A DNA stretch of 61,169 bases, the filler included, from Vannella sp. (Eukaryota), in NCBI GenBank assembly GCA_023345925.1. It is 6 parts of 6 records of this genome, joined end to end, with 100 filler letters (N's around TTAATTAATTAA, not from the genome) between each part and the next. Parts side by side here need not be neighbours in the genome. Positions count along the whole stretch, not along the records: positions 51,521 to 61,169 come from JAJQQN010000531.1; 5 more parts are not named here. The stretch is one strand, 5' to 3'. The translations under genes and the position numbers were made by a program. The notes beneath the pieces are model-generated. The model made no database searches. It was not told where the DNA came from and saw nothing but the letters and a program-made list of their open reading frames with translations. How positions within the stretch are numbered: the stretch's first letter is position 1; the number at the start of each line of letters is the position of its first letter. Below are positions 55,887-61,169 of this stretch, piece by piece.

Positions 55887-58800
55887 TTATACGATTTCGT
55901 AACCCGAGAAACGAGGCCGATAGAAGGCGTTCGTGGCAACTGAATCGGCTGGAGAGGGGGAGAACAGGGCCATCAGTTCCTGAGTTTGCTGTCGCAATGC
56001 GGGTTGGGAGTTCTCCAGGAAATCTGAAACATGATGCTCTTGGCAGTGATGCAACAAAGAGACCCTGTGTTCGCCAGTCCCTCCAATAGAAGTTAATGTT
56101 TGGAGAACCGCTCGTTGGTCGTGTGGGTCTGTGAGTCGATTGAGAAGAGTACAGAGGGATAAAATGAGTTGATTCGATACGATGGAAGACAGCAGGGCGG
56201 CATCAACTGAAACATTCGTTAACAATCCCGCCAAATGGACGGCGACAATCGGGTCTGTTTGCTCTAACTCGTCGAAACGAATGTGAGAAAGCAGTTCTGT
56301 GCGGACTCCTGCAGAGAGCGCTAGGACGGAGCAGGTGCGCGCCACTTGTTCCCGAAGAAGCTCGTCAGGAGAGGAAAGTAATGCACAAATGGAAGCAACT
56401 ACACCAGGTTGTTCACCAAGGATGTCCCCTAATGCAGTAAATGTGGCAGTAATCACCGTTTCTACCACCCGAAGAGCAGCTCTACTGATGATAGGATCTC
56501 CATAAAGAATGAGCTTTGCCAGTTTTGATGCCACTTCGGGTGTAGCAAGGAGGCTTCGGCCCTTATCATTCATAGCCACGTAGGACATGCAACGAAGAGC
56601 GTGCGCCTGCAACCTTGGAAGGGAGGAGACGCTCAAGTTAATCAAGATTGGAAAGCCGCCTTCTTCTCGAAGAAGATTCTTGTTCTTATCTACACTCGAG
56701 TGAATGTCAGTGTGAGAATGTTGGGCGATTTTCCTTACCGCTAGTACAAAGGTTGGAAAGGCATCGAAGGATGATCTCCCGAATCATCCAATCGTCCCGG
56801 CCAACCACTAGAACCTCCAAAAGACTGCGCACTAAATCAGGAATGTTATCCAGAGAGCCCCGTGCCCATTCTGATCGAGTTAGCCATGTCTGGGACAATG
56901 TAACACTTACGACTTCGAGATAGCATATTGAAAAGCCGAGCCACCTCAAAGACAATAGCGCTATCTGGAGTGTTCGATTGGAACGCCGAGAGCATGACTA
57001 AAAGATATTGTTCCCGAATGGATTCCAGAATAGAGTGATCTTGGCAACGAAAGTGAGCACCAGCACACTGTTACTTCATTGACATACCTGAGGCAGCCAA
57101 CGAATTAATAATCTGATAGATAAGCCAATGGACTCTCTCCGAGGTAGAAGATAGAAGAAGGGGAAGGAATCCCTTAATCGAATAGGAGCTCAGCTTCTGG
57201 AAGATCGCACGAGAATAAGGACAATCAACCCTGTCGCAGATGAGGAGTAAAACAGATTGCAAGAGCTTTTCAAATAAGCTATCCTCGCCAAGAGTCAAAC
57301 ATGACATAATTGGGTCCAGCCCGGAGGCTTCGAGGACGATTTGACGGAATTCAGGAAAAGAGCTCAGATTCCGAATCACTGAGGCTGCGTTCAAAGTAGC
57401 TTCTTGTTCTTCTCGAGTAACAGCGTCAGACTTGAGAAGCGCAAAGACGCTGGCTAGACCAGACGTGCGAGGGAAAAAGTCATATTTGGTGAGGCACGCC
57501 AATAAAAGTGTCAATTGTTCTTTGAGTTCTGAGGGATTGCTGGGGTCTTCTAGTACCGCATAGATGCTTTCCACGAGGCCATGCGCAACAAGGAGTTTTC
57601 CAACCTCTTCAAAGAGTGCTAGAGGACAGAGGGCGCGAACTAATGCCAGCTGCGAAGGAAGATATTGGGGGCCATTAGTGCTGAGGAGCTTCCGGAGAGG
57701 ATTGTATGAGCTGGCCTGTCTGAGGTAGCAAACTAGCCCACTTGAGGATGGATGAGATGCCCAAAAGCGTTCGAATCGTTGTGAAGCTTTGGCAACAAGT
57801 GAAGCGGAGCTGTTTTCCCAGAATATCAGAAAGATGAGTGGTCCAATGCAACTCTCATTCAACTCCACTTGAGCAGCTTCCTTTTCAAAAATAGAAATAC
57901 AAACTTCAGCATCTTCTTTCGTGGCAGTGTGGAGAAGGAGAGAACCAGAGTTTGGGATCTCTACCTTCCAGGCATTCTCTTTTCCCACTTCAGCTGAACT
58001 CAATGAAGATATTGTGGATCCAGCAATATCCTTGATCTTATGAGGAACTTCGTCACTCTTAGAATCATAAGAGAAGAGAAATCCAGCGTGAAGGACCATC
58101 CAAAACCGTTTCCAGCGAAACCCGCTTTTCTTGTGCAAGTTGCCGTTAAGAACGGGGCTCTCGATGTCTGAAGGAGCCAGTTTCCACTTCGAGCTGACAA
58201 AAGCCACAGACTTCTTCTCTCGTCGGTAAGGAGATGGACCGGAGGACAGAGCATCTTCCAAAGCTATTCCTGAAGGAAGGGGAGAAACAATAACATCAAA
58301 TTGGGCTTCTGACAGACCGTTAATCGATTTTGGAGCGCAGCAGATCTCTGAAGGAATGTTGTAGTGCGAGGTCATGCTCTCAATCATCGTCATTGCTTCA
58401 GCAGTCCGCTTTGCCGAAGGCCTGACATTTCTAGTGGCCCGTTTGGGAGCATTAGGGTCAATGAAAAGGTCTACCATAAACACTCGAGCCAGAAGGGTCG
58501 GCTGAAAACAGCTTTCCACGTCTGCTCGTTCCTCTGAAAGGGAAGGAAGGAAGGAATAAGATGAGCGCACAAGGTTTCTCTCTTTCTGGTAACTTACTTG
58601 CGAGGGAAGGAATCGACGACAGCAAATCAGACCGCGCCTCGACAATATCTTGGACCCAATCATCTCTTTCTTTCTGAGAAGCAGCCAACAGAACCAGAGT
58701 TATCGACTTGGAAGCAATCTGGAAGCAATGTTCGAACTCTACCATGGACGATCACAGATTGGTCAGCTCCCAGATCGCATGAGAAGGCTATTGGCTTACT

Positions 58801-59866
58801 ATCAACATCCGCCAAGATGCCTGGCCAGGTCAGATGGAGAGGAATGTCTTGTTTGAAGATTTGAGGCCGCCCGGGCTTCCCTTTGGTGAGGAGGATGAAG
58901 TCATTGAAAAGGTAAATGGTGTACGCAATGAGGTTCCCTGATTTGGAGACTTTGTGAACCAAAACGCCGTCACGAAGCAAACGGCGGCTGGGAAGGACCA
59001 ATTGCCCGTCAAAGCCGGTCATGTTCTCTTGGATCAGGCGCATCTTAGCACCAAACTCTACTTTCTTGATCGAGTCGTTGACCTGAGCAGCTACTTCTCT
59101 CACCTGATCCAGCGCAGCTGAGAGGGGAAGGTGATCCGGATGGGAATCGTCCGTGTGGTTGAGGAGATCGCTCAGGAGCATGATGTAGCGAGGGATCCTT
59201 TGGATGGGCATGATGAGGAAGAAGGAAATATGCTGGTGATGGCCTGTCTCGGCTGCACGAGCTGAAACTTCGGCCAGGAAGGAGGCAAAGGCAGGTTTCT
59301 CTGACTTGAAGGTCTCTAGAGCGCGGAGTGCTTCATCATACTGAGCACTGTACTGTGTATACAGCTTGAGGTAAGGAGCAAACTCTAAGAAGACCTCCCC
59401 GATGCACTGATGGTCCTTATCGCCAGTCTTGGATTGGTTTCGGGACTCAAGAGAAGTCAGCAGCTCTCCGTTGACATTGACGATCAAGCTGATCGAAGAG
59501 AAGAGAGTCTTGGATTCAGAATGACTGAGGATGCCGTTATCCTTCAAGGGTAGAACGTAAGCGGCCATCAAATAGCGCAACGACTCCACGTAGCTCTGCT
59601 CTGAGTCGAGCACCTCTTGCCGTATCTCCTCGATACGACTCCCTGTAGCAAGATCAGTTGCAATCATTGATAAAAGCACCCTCCGTACGCTTGACAGGGG
59701 TCGGTACAAGTCGAGGGGGGATCCTCCACAAAGTCTGGGACCGTTTCCGAGTAACCACGTCCTCTCCGCCTCCCTGCTCACTAACAGTAAGATCCCCCTG
59801 CTCCCCACCTTCCTGCAGAACCGCAGGGACAGCCTCCACGTCCACGAGAGGAAGAGAACCGTCCAT
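55887..59866 (-). CDS. RhoGEF: DH + PH + second PH + ARM repeats (multi-exon)
   Basis: EVLDSEQSYVESL, FAPYLKLYTQY, FLIMPIQRIPRYIMLL (DH); IYLFNDFIL...ERDDWV (PH1); GNLHKKSGFRWKRFWMVL (PH2); ARM-like helices to 55887. Confidence 0.88.
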
Positions 59867-59978
59867 CAGACGAAGACCGTTGAAAATGGGTTCCAAGAAA
59901 GTACCCGGAAAGGCCGTTTGGCGCTCCCTGAGGACACTTCTGTAGCTTTGAAACAGTATATTACATGTGGCATTGAGC

Positions 59979-60966
59979 TTAGGGCGGGGAATGGCTCAAA
60001 GAGAACCACGAAGCCGGCGCTTTGAGAAGCTTGGCCTTTCGTTTGTGTGAGAGGGCCATGGGGAAGGCTGTTTGGTCGTAGGGCAGGTTGGCATATGTGA
60101 CAGGGAGGTAGAGAGTAGAAGAGGAGAACGTAAACGACGTGGGGTCTGCTGGGATGCGCTCTTGGAACCAGTTTGGGTGGCAATGGAGGTAGAAGGGCGC
60201 AGCATCCCCCATTTGGGCTTCCCACGAAGGAACCTGATCAGGGGGTATGTGGAAGAAGCTAATAGGAACGCCATCATCGTTCCAGGTGCTCAGGAGAAAG
60301 GCGGAGCGCAAGTGCGGCATTCTCCGTCCTGCAGGCATCCGTTGATTGTTGCAGATGTCTACAGTATCAAACGTCTGGAAGAGTCCATCGCCATCTCTCA
60401 GAAGGGGAATGCGAGCGACACTCCCCACGAAGGGCTGGCAAGATCGCTGCGAAGACTCGTCCTTCAAGATCAGGTGGCTCCGGTACCGTTCGATCACCTC
60501 TGCTACGTGTTCTACATTGACAGTGAGTACGAGAGGGAGCAGATAACTCAAGGGGAAGCCTACCGTGGCTCTCCTCCCCAAACCAGAACGGCCAAAGGGC
60601 AGTGCGAGGAGTGGGGGAGGAGTAGTTGCTCTTGCTGGCAGGAACGCGAAAGGGAGAAGCAGGGGGAGCGTAAGCGCAAGATTGAGGTGCATCATCCTCC
60701 TCTAGATCAAAAAGATCTCCTTCTTCCTCGTCCGATCCGCAAGAGTCTCCTTCCGCGCCACTATCAGACGAGTTTAACTCATCAGACTCATCTTCATTCA
60801 CAGCTAAGAAGTCATCGTCAGACTCAGACTCTTCTTCCTGCTGTAACGATCCAAAGTAAGCGCAGGACTCGTTTGGGCTGAAGATGCACTCCAACGAGCC
60901 CATTAGCACGCGCTGAGGGCTCTCTTGACCCTTCCCAGGGATCGCCATGTTCCGACTGTAACTCAT
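59979..60966 (-). CDS. Hypothetical protein with an acidic N-terminus, 2 exons
   Basis: Acidic exon 1 joins via a GTAGGC...TGTAG intron near 60562-60511 to a globular exon (EHVAEVIERYRSHLIL...). CATTTCACC lies 40 nt upstream. Confidence 0.65.
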
Positions 60967-61041
60967 CAAAGCTTCAAATGGGAACGTGAAGGTCTCAAGA
61001 GATCGGGTGAAATGGAACGAGCGAAGACCAAGATCCCGAGA

Positions 61042-61066
61042 CCTGAACCCTAAACCCTAAACCCTA
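61042..61066. repeat. Short interstitial (CCCTRAA)n telomere-like repeat / telo-box
   Basis: cctgaa ccctaaa ccctaaa cccta. Confidence 0.7.
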
Positions 61067-61169
61067 GTCGAAAGAATCAGAACCCGAAAATGTATTCAGC
61101 CGCCTTGGCGAACCAACTGCGGACAGCATAGGACTCGTGGGTGGTGGGATTGGTGATGTAGCTCCTGAA

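Noticed and set aside
60072..60881. 269-aa plus-strand ORF
   Set aside because: Antisense to the better-supported spliced minus-strand gene 59979-60966.

Overview
Eukaryotic DNA from a very gene-dense protist genome. Inference from the signalling gene repertoire and intron style: probably an amoebozoan-like lineage. The window is six separate contigs joined by artificial 100-nt linkers (44 N + TTAATTAATTAA + 44 N), so adjacency across linkers carries no information. It holds about 30 protein genes with short (mostly 44-58 nt) spliceosomal introns and intergenic gaps often under 150 bp. Recognisable genes include HSF, a FANCD2-like protein, an M13 peptidase, a GSTCD-like methyltransferase, ECM29, cytochrome b561, an acyl-CoA synthetase, APC10, several Rho-family regulators, a Kelch-PB1-MAP3K, Ppx/GppA, a PrsW-like protease, two MAM33 paralogs, a DENN protein and EMC1, plus one tRNA-Thr(UGU). 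The most notable observations are: (1) an AT-rich, decayed viral fibre-like gene (32388-33572), a likely endogenous viral element; (2) a bacterial-type Ser/Thr kinase with no ATG of its own, in frame behind the Ppx/GppA stop and fusable to it by a candidate intron; (3) a tandem pair of intronless orphan paralogs sharing a conserved unknown domain; (4) a pseudoGTPase-LRR-RhoGAP-WD40 protein; (5) a recurrent strand-specific CATTTC(A/C)CC promoter element; (6) 3' splice sites apparently set by distance from the branch point. Family calls come from motif recognition only; no database searches were run.
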